Shown piece by piece: positions 28,459 through 38,245 of a DNA stretch of 64,000 nucleotides. The position numbers and the translations under genes were made by a program. The notes below the pieces were generated by a model that saw nothing but the letters and a program-made list of their open reading frames with translations, made no database searches and was not told the DNA's origin. The stretch comes from Euryarchaeota archaeon Ods01 (GTDB taxonomy: Archaea > Halobacteriota > Halobacteria > Halobacteriales > Halorutilaceae): assembly GCA_028751095.1 (NCBI GenBank), contig JAQZCZ010000001.1:149-64148 (forward strand), read 5' to 3'. The first letter of the stretch is position 1. Each line of letters starts with the position of its first letter.

Positions 28459-29562
28459 CTATAGACCGGCAACGTCCTCGATGGCGTCGGTGAGCGTTTC
28501 GATGCTCTCAACGTCGTGTTCTCCCATATGTCCGATACGGAACGACCCCTCGCTCAGGTCGCCGTAGCCGCTCGAAAAGACCATGTCGTACTCCTCGGAG
28601 ACGGCTTCGACAGTCTCGGCTACGTCGATTCCGCGCGTGTTCTCGACGCAGGTAACTGTCTGAGACTCGTAGCCTTCCTCGGCGAACAGGTCGAAATGCT
28701 CGCGCGCCCAGTCGCGGGCGTACTCCGCCATATCACGGTGGCGCTGGTCGCGCTCCTCGTGTCCCTCGTCGAGCATATGCTTCATCTGCTTACGGTACGC
28801 GAGCATTACCGGAATCGCGGGCGTCGAATGCGTCTGACCCTTCCGGTCGTAGTAGTCGAGACACCGCTGGAAACCGCCGTACCACGAAGCCGAGTCCTTC
28901 GAAAGTTCGCGCTCGTAGGCTTCGTCGCTGACGGTACAGACGGCGAGTCCTGGAGGCATTGCGAACGCCTTCTGTGTCGAGGTGAAGATGCAGTCGATGT
29001 TATGCGCCTCGATATCGATATAGTCGCCGCCGAGGCACGAGATTGCGTCGACGACGAAGTACGTGTCGGGGTAGTCGCCGAGAACGTCGCCTATCTCCTC
29101 GACGGGGTTTCGGACACCCGTCGAGGTCTCGTTCATCACGACGCCGACAGCGTCGTAGTCGCCGGATTCGAGCGCGTCGTGGATGTCCTCGGGCTTCACC
29201 GCCTCGCCCCAGTCGTACTCGACTCTGTCAACGTCCTTGCCGAGGCGTTCGGCTACGTTCGCCTGACGCTCGCTGAAAGCGCCGCTCGTAGGGACGAGCA
29301 TCGAGTCCTCGACGAGGTTCAGGGTGGTTGACTCCCAGAACTCCGTCCCCGACGCCGTGAGAATGATGACGTCCTGTTCTGTGTCGAGGAACTCCTTGGT
29401 GTCCTCGACGATGGTGGTGTACAGGTCGGTCATGCGCTCCGTGCGGTGTCCGAACATCGGCTCCGCCATCGCCTCGATAACGTCGTCACGTACCTCGGTC
29501 GGTCCAGGAAGGTACAGCGTCTTGTCGTCGTAGTCGTCGGTGTACTCACTCTTCTCTGTCAT
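28459..29562 (-). CDS. class V PLP-dependent aminotransferase
   Basis: LPGPTEV, NETSTG, DAISC, TSTQKAFAMPPGL, FRIGHMG. Confidence 0.92.
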   Translation of the reverse strand: MTEKSEYTDDYDDKTLYLPGPTEVRDDVIEAMAEPMFGHRTERMTDLYTTIVEDTKEFLDTEQDVIILTASGTEFWESTTLNLVEDSMLVPTSGAFSERQANVAERLGKDVDRVEYDWGEAVKPEDIHDALESGDYDAVGVVMNETSTGVRNPVEEIGDVLGDYPDTYFVVDAISCLGGDYIDIEAHNIDCIFTSTQKAFAMPPGLAVCTVSDEAYERELSKDSASWYGGFQRCLDYYDRKGQTHSTPAIPVMLAYRKQMKHMLDEGHEERDQRHRDMAEYARDWAREHFDLFAEEGYESQTVTCVENTRGIDVAETVEAVSEEYDMVFSSGYGDLSEGSFRIGHMGEHDVESIETLTDAIEDVAGL

Positions 29563-29643
29563 CGTAATGGGAACCTCGCGTCGGCGTGGCTTGTGAGTTT
29601 TGGTACCCCCGTACGGGTCGAGCGTCAGATGGATGGGGGAAAT

Positions 29644-29705
29644 GCCTCGGCACTCATAGGGTTCGTCATCCGCTCTCGCGTCGGAAGGTAAGTGTCGTCA
29701 TCGGC
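29644..29705 (-). ncRNA. box C/D guide sRNA, sR-tMet type (guides Cm34 of pre-tRNA-Met), copy A
   Basis: Minus strand GCCGAUGACGACACUUACCUUCCGACGCGAGAGCGGAUGACGAACCCUAUGAGUGCCGAGGC: C/C' boxes GAUGA, D'/D boxes CCGA, guide complementary to CACUCAUAGGGUU; the D+5 rule points to C34. Confidence 0.85.
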
Positions 29706-29799
29706 GACGGTCAGTATTACGTCGCCTGCGACCTAAGTCTTGTCTCCGCCCGCCGAATACGATAATAAAATAAGAGGTTCAGCGCATAAGGACACCAAG

Positions 29800-31467
29800 A
29801 TGAGTTTCAGAGAGTCGACGTTGGTACGGGTGCTCAAGGCGTTCCGCGTTCTCGCTCCGTTGATACTGACGCATGCGAGAGACCTACGTCGGTACGTCTT
29901 GTTCGGGGGTCCACGCCGACTCGACAAGGAAGACAGAAGAGAGAGGGCGCGGCGTCTCGCTGACGCCTTCGAGGAACTCGGTGTAACCTATATCAAGCTC
30001 GCCCAGTTCCTGACGACGCGCCCCGACTTCGTGCCGCCGGTATACATCGACGAACTCCAACGGCTTCAGGACGACGTACCGCCCGAGGAGTTCAAGGATA
30101 TACGCGCCGTCCTTGAAGAAGAACTCGGACCGGTCGACGAGGTCTTTGACAGCTTCAACGAGGAGCCGTTGTCGTCAGCCTCAATCGGTCAGGTACACCG
30201 CGCGACGGTAGACGGCGAGGAGGTTGCCGTCAAGGTCCAGCGTCCCGGTCTGAAGGAACGTATGGAGGCGGACCTCCGCGCGCTCAACGCCATGGTCTCG
30301 GTGCTCTACCGCCTGATGCGTCTTTCCGGACAGGCTTCCCACGCCGAGTCGATGGTCTCCGTCAGCCGTGATGTCAACAAGTCGTTGCGAAAGGAGGTTG
30401 ACTTCGGACGCGAAGCGGACACGATGCGTGAGATACACGAAAACGTCGAGCGCGAGGGGTTCGACGATGAGGTAGTGATTCCAAAGCCGTACGACGAGTA
30501 CTCGACCGACCGCGTCATAACGATGAGCTTCGAAGACGGGGTCAAAATCAAGGACGTGGAGGAACTCAGGAGGCGCGGGCACGACCTGCGGACCGTCGCG
30601 GCGCGTGTAGTCGAGGCGTACCTGCGTATGGCTTTCGTCTACGGCGTCTACCAGACCGACCCGCACCACGGCAACCTCGCGGTTAACGACGACGGACAGG
30701 TGGTCATCTACGATTACGGTATGTCCCAGAGACCCGAGGAGGAGGTAACGGGAGCCTTCGCGCGGTTTCTCGCGGGTCTCGGAATGCGTGACCACGACGT
30801 AACCATCGCCGCGCTTGAGGACTTAGGCTCCGTGGAGATATCGTCACGCGCACAGTGGGACGCGATGCGCGAGTGGGCGGATGCCCTGTCGAAGGATGTC
30901 GCGGGCGACGTAGCCGAGGTCGATATCGGAAAGGTCGCACGCCGTTTCAACGAAAGCTTCGACGACTTCCCTATACAGCTAAACCAAGACATACTTCTTA
31001 GCCTCCGCGCAATCACCGGCGTCCAAGGAATAGCGACGAGCCTCGACTCTGACTACGACTTCAGCAACCATCTTGCGCGTTTCTTCGTCGAGAAGGACGC
31101 GTTCGACCTCGAACTCGAAGAGATAAGGCGGGATGCCGAAGAGAGGAGCGAACGTCTATATCTCGACAGCATGAAGGAGGAGATAACCGACGAGGTCAAG
31201 GAAGCGAGCAAACGCGCCGTCCTCTCAGTCGTCGGCGGCACCCTCGTACTCGGCTCCGGCGTCCTCTACGCTGCCGTCGCCAGCCTCGTCGCCTCGGTAG
31301 TTCTCTTCGCCGCCGGCGTCGGTGTCTTCGCCAAGGTCGCGGCGTCTTTCCGCGAGAACGACCGCGTCTCGGGACCGATGTTCATGATGCGTTACGAGAT
31401 GGAAAAATGGGGCGAAGAACACGGCGCGACCGAGACGGAGGAAAGGGAGAAAGCCGCCGTCGAATAG
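29800..31467 (+). CDS. ABC1/UbiB-family atypical kinase
   Basis: YIKLAQ, LQDDVPP, SASIGQVHRA, VAVKVQRP, DPHHGN, DYGM; C-terminal TM segments. Confidence 0.93.
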   Translation: MSFRESTLVRVLKAFRVLAPLILTHARDLRRYVLFGGPRRLDKEDRRERARRLADAFEELGVTYIKLAQFLTTRPDFVPPVYIDELQRLQDDVPPEEFKDIRAVLEEELGPVDEVFDSFNEEPLSSASIGQVHRATVDGEEVAVKVQRPGLKERMEADLRALNAMVSVLYRLMRLSGQASHAESMVSVSRDVNKSLRKEVDFGREADTMREIHENVEREGFDDEVVIPKPYDEYSTDRVITMSFEDGVKIKDVEELRRRGHDLRTVAARVVEAYLRMAFVYGVYQTDPHHGNLAVNDDGQVVIYDYGMSQRPEEEVTGAFARFLAGLGMRDHDVTIAALEDLGSVEISSRAQWDAMREWADALSKDVAGDVAEVDIGKVARRFNESFDDFPIQLNQDILLSLRAITGVQGIATSLDSDYDFSNHLARFFVEKDAFDLELEEIRRDAEERSERLYLDSMKEEITDEVKEASKRAVLSVVGGTLVLGSGVLYAAVASLVASVVLFAAGVGVFAKVAASFRENDRVSGPMFMMRYEMEKWGEEHGATETEEREKAAVE

Positions 31468-31478
31468 AGGGTAGACGG

Positions 31479-31622
31479 TCAGACCTCGGTCGGTATGTCG
31501 ACGTAGAACGTCTCGACATCGAAACGTCGGTCAACCTCGTCGCGTAGGGCGAGGACCCCGTACCCGAGAACCGCGATTCCCACGGCTAACAGCCCGAGAA
31601 AGAACAGGTTCTCAGATTCCAT
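31479..31622 (-). other. 47-codon chimeric ORF: hydrophobic N-terminus fused to a diverged copy of the Nif3 C-terminus (gene remnant)
   Basis: MESENLFFLGLLAVGIAVLG-YGVLALRDEVDRRFDVETFYVDIPTEV; the last 27 aa are 14/27 identical to the C-terminus of 33553-34305. Confidence 0.7.
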
Positions 31623-31669
31623 GGAACGAGTAGCCCGGAACGCGTAATAGAAGTTAGGGGTAGGAGGTC

Positions 31670-31731
31670 GCCTCGGAACTCATAGGGTTCGTCATCCGCT
31701 CTCGCGTCGGAGGGTAACCGTCGTCATCGGC
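31670..31731 (-). ncRNA. box C/D guide sRNA, sR-tMet type, copy B
   Basis: 58/62 nt identical to copy A; all boxes and the core tRNA-Met guide are retained. Confidence 0.85.
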
Positions 31732-31838
31732 GGTCGGTCTACGTGCCAGTATCTCACAAAGCTAACGGTTAATCCGACTGCGCCGAATCCATCTAATTAG
31801 CCCCTACCTTTTTTGAATGTGCATCTCTATCTCGGGCG

Positions 31839-33512
31839 ATGACAGAAACCCCTCTTCCGAAAGGCGTGAGTACAGATACGCTCAGACAGATTATCGCCGG
31901 ATGGTACGAGGCGGGGGCGGACGAAGAACCCAGATACACGTCGGCGGTTGAGGACGAGACAGGAATTGCGGACGCCGTCGGTCGCCAGACGCGTTTTCTC
32001 GAAGACACGGATATTCTGACGGCCGAAGGTCAGAAGCACCGTCTTACGGAACAGGGGGAGATGCTCGCCAAGATGCTCGCCGAGGGCGAGGAAGGACGGG
32101 CGCGAGGACGGGCGCGCGACATCCTTTCCGACTGGGAGTTCACCAACGAGATAGAGGGGATTCTACGGAAGAACCCCACCGAAGAGGAATCCCTAGTACC
32201 GTTAATCGCAAGCGCGGCGGGTCAGGATATCGACGATAACCGCGTCCGGAACGGGGTGACAACCCTAATAGACCTGTACGAATGGTCGGGAATGCTCGAA
32301 AGGGACGAGCAAGGTCGTTACCGCCTCCCGCCCGAGAAAAGGGAGCCTGAGGCGGTCGAGGGCTTGGAGGAGGTGGAGAACGCCGTCGGACGCGTCGCTG
32401 CCGACGCCGAGGAAGCCGCGGGACGTGTCGAGTCGGTCGAGAAACGCGTCGAATCCGCGGCGGAGGAGATGGAGCGAGTCGAGACGAGGGTCGAAGAGAC
32501 CGCCGAGAAAGCCGAAACTGCCGTCGAAGAAGCCGAAAGGGCGGTAGGGATAGCCGAAGAGGTTCAGGACGTTGCCGACGAGGTGCGTGAGGAGTTCGAG
32601 TCGGCCGCGGTGATGGGCGTAGAAACCATCCAAGAAACCGTCCGTGACGCGACCGAGGAGATTACCAAGGAGGTTGAGACGGAAGCCGAAGAGGTCGCGG
32701 AGACGGCGGAAGCTACCGTCGAAGAAACCGCCGAAATGGTCGAGGGTACCGAGGAGACGGAAGCGGTTGATAAGAATGCGGAGGAAGTAATGGAAGGAGC
32801 CGATACGGAGACGGAAGAAACTGAGGAAGAAACGGTAGCCGAGGAAGCTGACCGAAAGCCCGAGATAGAGCTTGAACTCGGTGATATCGCGGACTTGAGT
32901 ATTACGGTGGGCGAAGAACAGGGTATCGAGGTAAGCGTTGACGGAGAACTTGACGACATAGACTTTCCCGATGGGCAGGAGAAGACGGAAGAGCTACAGA
33001 CCGACGGAGGCGTGGAGGTATCGGAAGAGGATATACAGATATCCGACGATAAACTCGAACTCAAGATAGGGGCGGGTCCGGGGATAACGATATCCGTGGG
33101 CGATGCAGAGTCCGAGGACGAAGAGGCAGAAGAGGAAGAGGCGGAGGACGAAGCCGAGGAGACTTCCGAAGAGGCTGAGGAAGAAAAGACGGCGGAAACG
33201 GACGAGGAAACGGACGAGGAGACAGAGGAAGCTGCCGAAGAGGTAACCGAAGTGACGGAAGAAGCCACCGAGGAAGTGGATGACAGGCTTGAATCGCTCG
33301 TCGAGGAGGTTACCTCCGCCGCCGAGGAAGCACGTGAAGCAGCCGAGGAGGCACGGTCCGCGGCGGAAGAACTGGAGGCGGAACCCGGCAACGGTAACCC
33401 GAACGGCGAGAGTCACGCACTTTCGGTCGGTCTCGACCTCGACGCCGACCCCGAGGACGTGGAGGTTCTGGTACGGAGCCTCCGACGCGGCTTGCTTGAC
33501 GGGTCGGAGTAG
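31839..33512 (+). CDS. extremely acidic protein with N-terminal wHTH-like (DUF5343-like) domain and Glu-rich coiled-coil/low-complexity region
   Basis: 557-aa ORF; FLEDTDIL..HRLTEQG wing-like motif; long E/A/T-rich tract. Confidence 0.75.
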   Translation: MTETPLPKGVSTDTLRQIIAGWYEAGADEEPRYTSAVEDETGIADAVGRQTRFLEDTDILTAEGQKHRLTEQGEMLAKMLAEGEEGRARGRARDILSDWEFTNEIEGILRKNPTEEESLVPLIASAAGQDIDDNRVRNGVTTLIDLYEWSGMLERDEQGRYRLPPEKREPEAVEGLEEVENAVGRVAADAEEAAGRVESVEKRVESAAEEMERVETRVEETAEKAETAVEEAERAVGIAEEVQDVADEVREEFESAAVMGVETIQETVRDATEEITKEVETEAEEVAETAEATVEETAEMVEGTEETEAVDKNAEEVMEGADTETEETEEETVAEEADRKPEIELELGDIADLSITVGEEQGIEVSVDGELDDIDFPDGQEKTEELQTDGGVEVSEEDIQISDDKLELKIGAGPGITISVGDAESEDEEAEEEEAEDEAEETSEEAEEEKTAETDEETDEETEEAAEEVTEVTEEATEEVDDRLESLVEEVTSAAEEAREAAEEARSAAEELEAEPGNGNPNGESHALSVGLDLDADPEDVEVLVRSLRRGLLDGSE

Positions 33513-33552
33513 TCAGTCACGTGCGGAACCGCTCTTAGACGAGTTCCGTGCG

Positions 33553-34305
33553 TCAGACCTCGGTCGGAACGTCGATATAGAACGCGTCGATATAGAACGA
33601 GGCGTCGATTTCGCGGCGGAGGGAGCGCACCCCGAAGGTCTCGGTGTGGTAATGACCGCCGAAGATGACGTTCATGCCGTGTTCGCGGGCGTCGTGGTGT
33701 GCGCGGTGCTTGGGTTCGCCCGTGATGTAGACATCCGCGCCCGTTTCCGCCGCCTCGGCGACCTGTCCGCCCCCCGCGCCGGTCAGGACGGCAACCCGCT
33801 CCACCTCGTCGGGTCCGAAGTCGAGGGTCACGGGTTCGTTATCGACCGTATCGGCGACGTTACCGACGAAGTCGTCGTAAGGTAACGCGGTGCCGAGTTC
33901 GCCGACGAAGCCGACCTCCGCGCCGCCAAACTCGCCGAAACGTTCGGTGGGCGTCGCGCCAAGTTCGTCGAGGAGGAGTGCGTTGTTACCGAACGACTCA
34001 TGGGCGTCGAGCGGGAGATGTGAGGCGTAGAGTGCGATATCATTCTCGACGAGTCCACGTATCCGGTCGTAGGTCTGTCCGACGACGGCGTCCGTTCCAC
34101 CCCAGAACAGTCCGTGGTGGACGACGAGCATATCCGCGCCCCTTTCGGCGGCGAGTTCGACCGTCTGGGTAGCCGCATCGACTGCGAATGCGACACGGGA
34201 TACGTCGCCGGAGTTTTCGACCTGTAAGCCGTTCGTCGCGGCGTCCGAACCCGTCCAGTCCTCATGTAGAATACCGTCGAGATGGCTAACTATTTCGTCG
34301 AGCAT
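33553..34305 (-). CDS. Nif3-like dinuclear metal protein (YbgI / GTP cyclohydrolase 1 type 2 family)
   Basis: NGLQVE, AVDA, VHHGLFW, SHLPLDAH, ITGE, GGHYHTE. Confidence 0.93.
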   Translation of the reverse strand: MLDEIVSHLDGILHEDWTGSDAATNGLQVENSGDVSRVAFAVDAATQTVELAAERGADMLVVHHGLFWGGTDAVVGQTYDRIRGLVENDIALYASHLPLDAHESFGNNALLLDELGATPTERFGEFGGAEVGFVGELGTALPYDDFVGNVADTVDNEPVTLDFGPDEVERVAVLTGAGGGQVAEAAETGADVYITGEPKHRAHHDAREHGMNVIFGGHYHTETFGVRSLRREIDASFYIDAFYIDVPTEV

Positions 34306-34385
34306 GGCGGAAGTTCGCCGCCGAGTCGGATATTTCCTTCGGCACCGAAGAAAGCGCATTTACGCCGCGGGGACGTTTTACGTCC

Positions 34386-34892
34386 ATGGAAGCCTTGTTC
34401 GTAGCCGCCGACGGGTTCGACGCCCGCGAACGTCTCTACGTCCTGAAACGTCTACGTGAGGAGGATGTGGAGGTTGACATAGCGACCGACGGAGAAGCGG
34501 TGGACTCGGGCGGCGAAGAGGCTGATGCGGACGTGTACCTCGGAGAAACGCGAAACGTCTACGACCTCGTCCACGTCTCAGGGGGAAACCGCGGTCGGGA
34601 CGAGACTCAGAGGACGGGCGAAGCCGTGAAGCGGAACGCCGCCGAAGGTGCGTTCGTCACCGCGGTGGGCGAAGGAGTCGGTATCCTCGCGGCGGCAGGC
34701 GAGGCGGAGGACAGACAGGTGTCCGCGACGGGGGATACCGCGGAGGCGGTCGAGAGCGCCGGAGGACGCGCCTACGACGAACCGGTCATCGTTGACGGCA
34801 AGTTCGTGACGACGCGAGGAGGTGACGACCTGCCGGAGTTCGGCGGTGAGGTTGTCAGGAAAGTCCGTCGGTCGCGGGTCAAGGACCTCTAA
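34386..34892 (+). CDS. DJ-1/PfpI-family protein lacking the catalytic Cys
   Basis: DGFDARE, VSGG, AVGEGV at the usual AICHG site, VIVDGKFVTTRG.DDLPEF. Confidence 0.8.
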   Translation: MEALFVAADGFDARERLYVLKRLREEDVEVDIATDGEAVDSGGEEADADVYLGETRNVYDLVHVSGGNRGRDETQRTGEAVKRNAAEGAFVTAVGEGVGILAAAGEAEDRQVSATGDTAEAVESAGGRAYDEPVIVDGKFVTTRGGDDLPEFGGEVVRKVRRSRVKDL

Positions 34893-35143
34893 CGGTCGCG
34901 TACGTAGACGGCGGTATGTCCGCGCGTTTCGACGAGACGTGCGCCGGCGGCTTCCGCAAGTTCCTCGGCAAGTTCCTCTGTCGTCGTCCCGCCTCGCGCC
35001 GCTCGTAGAAACTTGACCTTACGCGGTTCATCGTCGGCGAGTTGGTCGGCGAGTTCGTCGGCTACGGCTTCGATACCTTTCTTTCCGACACGTACCGTAG
35101 CGTCGGTTTCGTGCGCCTCTCGGCGTGCTTGTTCGTCGTCCAT
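34889..35143 (-). CDS. YhbY/CRM-domain RNA-binding protein
   Basis: TVRVGKKG, KVKFLR, ETRGHTAVY. Confidence 0.9.
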   Translation of the reverse strand: MDDEQARREAHETDATVRVGKKGIEAVADELADQLADDEPRKVKFLRAARGGTTTEELAEELAEAAGARLVETRGHTAVYVRDR

Positions 35144-35145
35144 AC

Positions 35146-35745
35146 TTACCAGTCCGTGTACGGGAGTTCGTCGTGGGTTTCCTTGGCGAGGTCGAGCGAG
35201 GACCGCATCAGCGCAGTCGTGTCCCAGATGCCCTCGACGAGCGCCTCCTTCTGTGCGTCTCCGATGTTCGCATCGTACTCGGTTTCGCCGACGGTGACGC
35301 GTTCCTTCTCAACGTCAACCTCAAGCGGCGTCTCCGGCTCTTCCTCAATACGCGTCTGTATCTCGTCCACTGCGTCGGCGTCGAGCGTAACGGTCGGGAT
35401 ACCGAGCGACTTGCAGTTGTCGGCGAATATCTCGGCGAACGACTCGCCGACGATGGCTTCGACGCCCCACCGCATCAGCGCCTGCGGCGCGTGTTCACGC
35501 GACGAGCCGCATCCGAAGTTATCGTTGACGACCAGCACGTTTCCGGAGTAGACGTTGAGCGGATGGTCGTTCAGGCTGCCGTCGTCGTCACGGCGCGCGT
35601 CGTAGAAGGCGTACTTACCCATATTGTCGAAGGTAACCTCCTTGAGGAAACGCGCCGGAACTATCTGGTCGGTGTCGATATCGTCGCCGCGTAGGGGAAC
35701 GCCCGTACCCGCGACGCGCCGGACCGCCTTGCGGTCGTCGGTCAT
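35146..35745 (-). CDS. leuD: 3-isopropylmalate dehydratase small subunit
   Basis: DIDTDQIVPARFL, NFGCGSSREHAP. Confidence 0.96.
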   Translation of the reverse strand: MTDDRKAVRRVAGTGVPLRGDDIDTDQIVPARFLKEVTFDNMGKYAFYDARRDDDGSLNDHPLNVYSGNVLVVNDNFGCGSSREHAPQALMRWGVEAIVGESFAEIFADNCKSLGIPTVTLDADAVDEIQTRIEEEPETPLEVDVEKERVTVGETEYDANIGDAQKEALVEGIWDTTALMRSSLDLAKETHDELPYTDW

Positions 35746-37148
35746 CCGAACACCTCCCTTGGGTCGGCTATCTCACCGCGGACGACGCTCGCCGCGAGCG
35801 TAGCGGGCGAAGCGAGAACCGTCTTCCCGTTCTCGCTTCCCTGTCTGCCGACGTAGTTCCTGTTCGACGACGAGACGCAGAGTTCACCGTCCTCGATACG
35901 GTCGCCGTTCATGGCTATACACATCGAGCATCCGGGTTCGCGCCACTGGACACCCGCGTGCTTGAATATCTCGTCGAGTCCTTCTTCCTCTGCCTTCCGC
36001 CGGACAGTCTGCGAGCCCGGGACGGCGAGTGCTCGGACACCGTCGTCCGCCTCACGTCCCGACGCTTCGAGGACGCGCGCCGCCTCACGTAAGTCGGAAA
36101 GGCGGCCGTTGGTACAGGAGCCAAGGAACGCCACATCGACATCGACGCCCTTCATCGAGTCGCCGGGCGATACGTCCATATGTTCCTGCGCCTTCCGCGC
36201 CGCCTCGGGGTCGTTCGTCTCCGCGGGTTCAGGAACGGTTTCGTCGATACCGATAACCTGTCCGGGGTTAACGCCCCAGGTCACCATCGGCTGTATCGCG
36301 TCGCCGTCTATCTCGACGGTATCGTCGTACTTGGCGTCGTCGTCGCTCGCTATCGACCGCCAGTACTCGACCGCTTCGTCCCAGTCGTCGCCGTCCGGCG
36401 CGTACTCGCGTCCGCGTAGGTATTCGAAGGTCTTCTCGTCGGGGTTGACGTATCCGGCGCGCGCTCCGCCTTCGATGGACATATTGCAGAGCGCTAGGCG
36501 TCCTTCGATACCGAGGTCCCGGACCGCCTCGCCGCCGTACTCGTAGACGTAGCCGATACCGCCCTCGACGCCGAGTTGGCGTATGATTGTGAGTATCAGG
36601 TCCTTGGCGTAGACGCCTTCGTCGAGCGTCCCGGTCACCTCGATACGGCGCACGTCCTGTTTGTCCGCCGCGATACATCCCGTGGCGAAGACATCGCGTA
36701 TCTGACTCGTACCTATACCCATGCCGACAGCGCCGAGAGCGCCGTGTGTGCTCGTATGCGAGTCCCCGCAGACTACGGTCATCCCCGGCTGAGTCAGTCC
36801 GAGTTCGGGTCCGACGATATGGACGATACCCTGTCTTCCCGAGTCGAGTCCGAAGAACTCGACGCCGTGTTCCTCAACGTTCCCTTCGAGCGCCGACAGC
36901 ATCTTCTCCGCCTGTTCGTCGTCGAAGGGGCGCGACCGGTCGTCGGTCGGGACGATATGGTCGGTCGTCGCATACGTCCTGTCGGGGAATGCGACCTCGT
37001 AGCCGCGCTCTTCGAGCATACCGAACGCCTGCGGACTCGTCACCTCGTGTATCATATGCAGACCCACGAACAGCTGTGTCTGTCCGTTGGGGAGTTCCTG
37101 CACGGTGTGGGCGTCCCACACCTTGTCGTAGAGTGTTCTTTCTGACAT
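35742..37148 (-). CDS. leuC: 3-isopropylmalate dehydratase large subunit
   Basis: HEVTSPQAF, CGDSHT, GSCTNGR, GCSMC, SNRNYVGRQG. Confidence 0.97.
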   Translation of the reverse strand: MSERTLYDKVWDAHTVQELPNGQTQLFVGLHMIHEVTSPQAFGMLEERGYEVAFPDRTYATTDHIVPTDDRSRPFDDEQAEKMLSALEGNVEEHGVEFFGLDSGRQGIVHIVGPELGLTQPGMTVVCGDSHTSTHGALGAVGMGIGTSQIRDVFATGCIAADKQDVRRIEVTGTLDEGVYAKDLILTIIRQLGVEGGIGYVYEYGGEAVRDLGIEGRLALCNMSIEGGARAGYVNPDEKTFEYLRGREYAPDGDDWDEAVEYWRSIASDDDAKYDDTVEIDGDAIQPMVTWGVNPGQVIGIDETVPEPAETNDPEAARKAQEHMDVSPGDSMKGVDVDVAFLGSCTNGRLSDLREAARVLEASGREADDGVRALAVPGSQTVRRKAEEEGLDEIFKHAGVQWREPGCSMCIAMNGDRIEDGELCVSSSNRNYVGRQGSENGKTVLASPATLAASVVRGEIADPREVFG

Positions 37149-37209
37149 CTGTATTTCTCGTGCTTTGTTGCGAATAGTACGTGGAGACGTTAGAAGGTTG
37201 CTACGTGCG

Positions 37210-38220
37210 TTACTCGTTCTCGACCCACGTCATGAGCGAGCGCAACTCCTCGCCCACGTCCTCGATGGGATGTTGCTCGTCACGTTCCTTTAGCTGGTTG
37301 TACGACGGACGCCCCGCCTGGTTCTCGTTTATCCATTCGCGGGCGAACTCGCCGTTCTGGACCTCCTCCAGAATCTCTTCGAGGTTTTCGCGTACCCCGT
37401 CGTCGATTACGCGCGGTCCACGGGTCAGGTCGCCGTACTCGGCGGTGTCGCTGATATTGTCACGCATCCGCGTCAGACCGCCCTCGAAGATGAGGTCAAC
37501 GATTAGCTTGAGTTCGTTGGCGCATTCGAAGTACGCCATCTCGGGCGAGTATCCGGCATCGACAAGCGTCTCGAACGACGCCTTGATGAGAGCGCTCGTT
37601 CCGCCGCAGAGTATCGCCTGTTCGCCGAAGAGGTCGGTCTCAGTCTCCTCGCGGAAGGTTGTCTCGATGACGCCCGACCGCGTACATCCGATTGCGTGTG
37701 CGTACGCCAGCCCGAAGTCACGCGCCTCGCCCGTGTAGTCCTGTTCGACCGCAAGGAGTCCCGGGACGCCCTCGCCGCGTTCGTACGTCTGCCGGACGAG
37801 GTCGCCGGGAGACTTGGGCGCGACCATCAGAACGTCAACGTCCTCGGGCGGACGTATCTGACTGTAATGGATATTGAAGCCGTGCGAGAACATCAGGGCG
37901 TCGCCCTCTTCGAGATTCGGCTCGACGTGTTCCTCGTAGGTCGCAGGCTGGACGGTGTCGGGTATGAGCATCTGAACGGCGTCGGCACGCGCCGCGGCTT
38001 CGGCGGTCGTCGCCACCTCCAGACCGTCTTCCTGAACGTCCTCCCACGAAGACGAGCCTTCGCGTAGACCCACGACCACGTCAACGCCCGAGTCGTGGAG
38101 GTTACGCGCCTGCGCGTGTCCCTGCGAGCCGTATCCGATTACGGCGACTGTGCGGTCTTCGATGAAAGACGGGTCGGCGTCGTCGTCGTACAGCGGCGTG
38201 ATGTCGAAATCCTGCGTCAT
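37210..38220 (-). CDS. ilvC: ketol-acid reductoisomerase
   Basis: [26 protein letters not shown]; GGAGG SD upstream of ATG 38220. Confidence 0.96.
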   Translation of the reverse strand: MTQDFDITPLYDDDADPSFIEDRTVAVIGYGSQGHAQARNLHDSGVDVVVGLREGSSSWEDVQEDGLEVATTAEAAARADAVQMLIPDTVQPATYEEHVEPNLEEGDALMFSHGFNIHYSQIRPPEDVDVLMVAPKSPGDLVRQTYERGEGVPGLLAVEQDYTGEARDFGLAYAHAIGCTRSGVIETTFREETETDLFGEQAILCGGTSALIKASFETLVDAGYSPEMAYFECANELKLIVDLIFEGGLTRMRDNISDTAEYGDLTRGPRVIDDGVRENLEEILEEVQNGEFAREWINENQAGRPSYNQLKERDEQHPIEDVGEELRSLMTWVENE

Positions 38221-38245
38221 GGTCGTCCTCGTACCTCCTCCGTCT

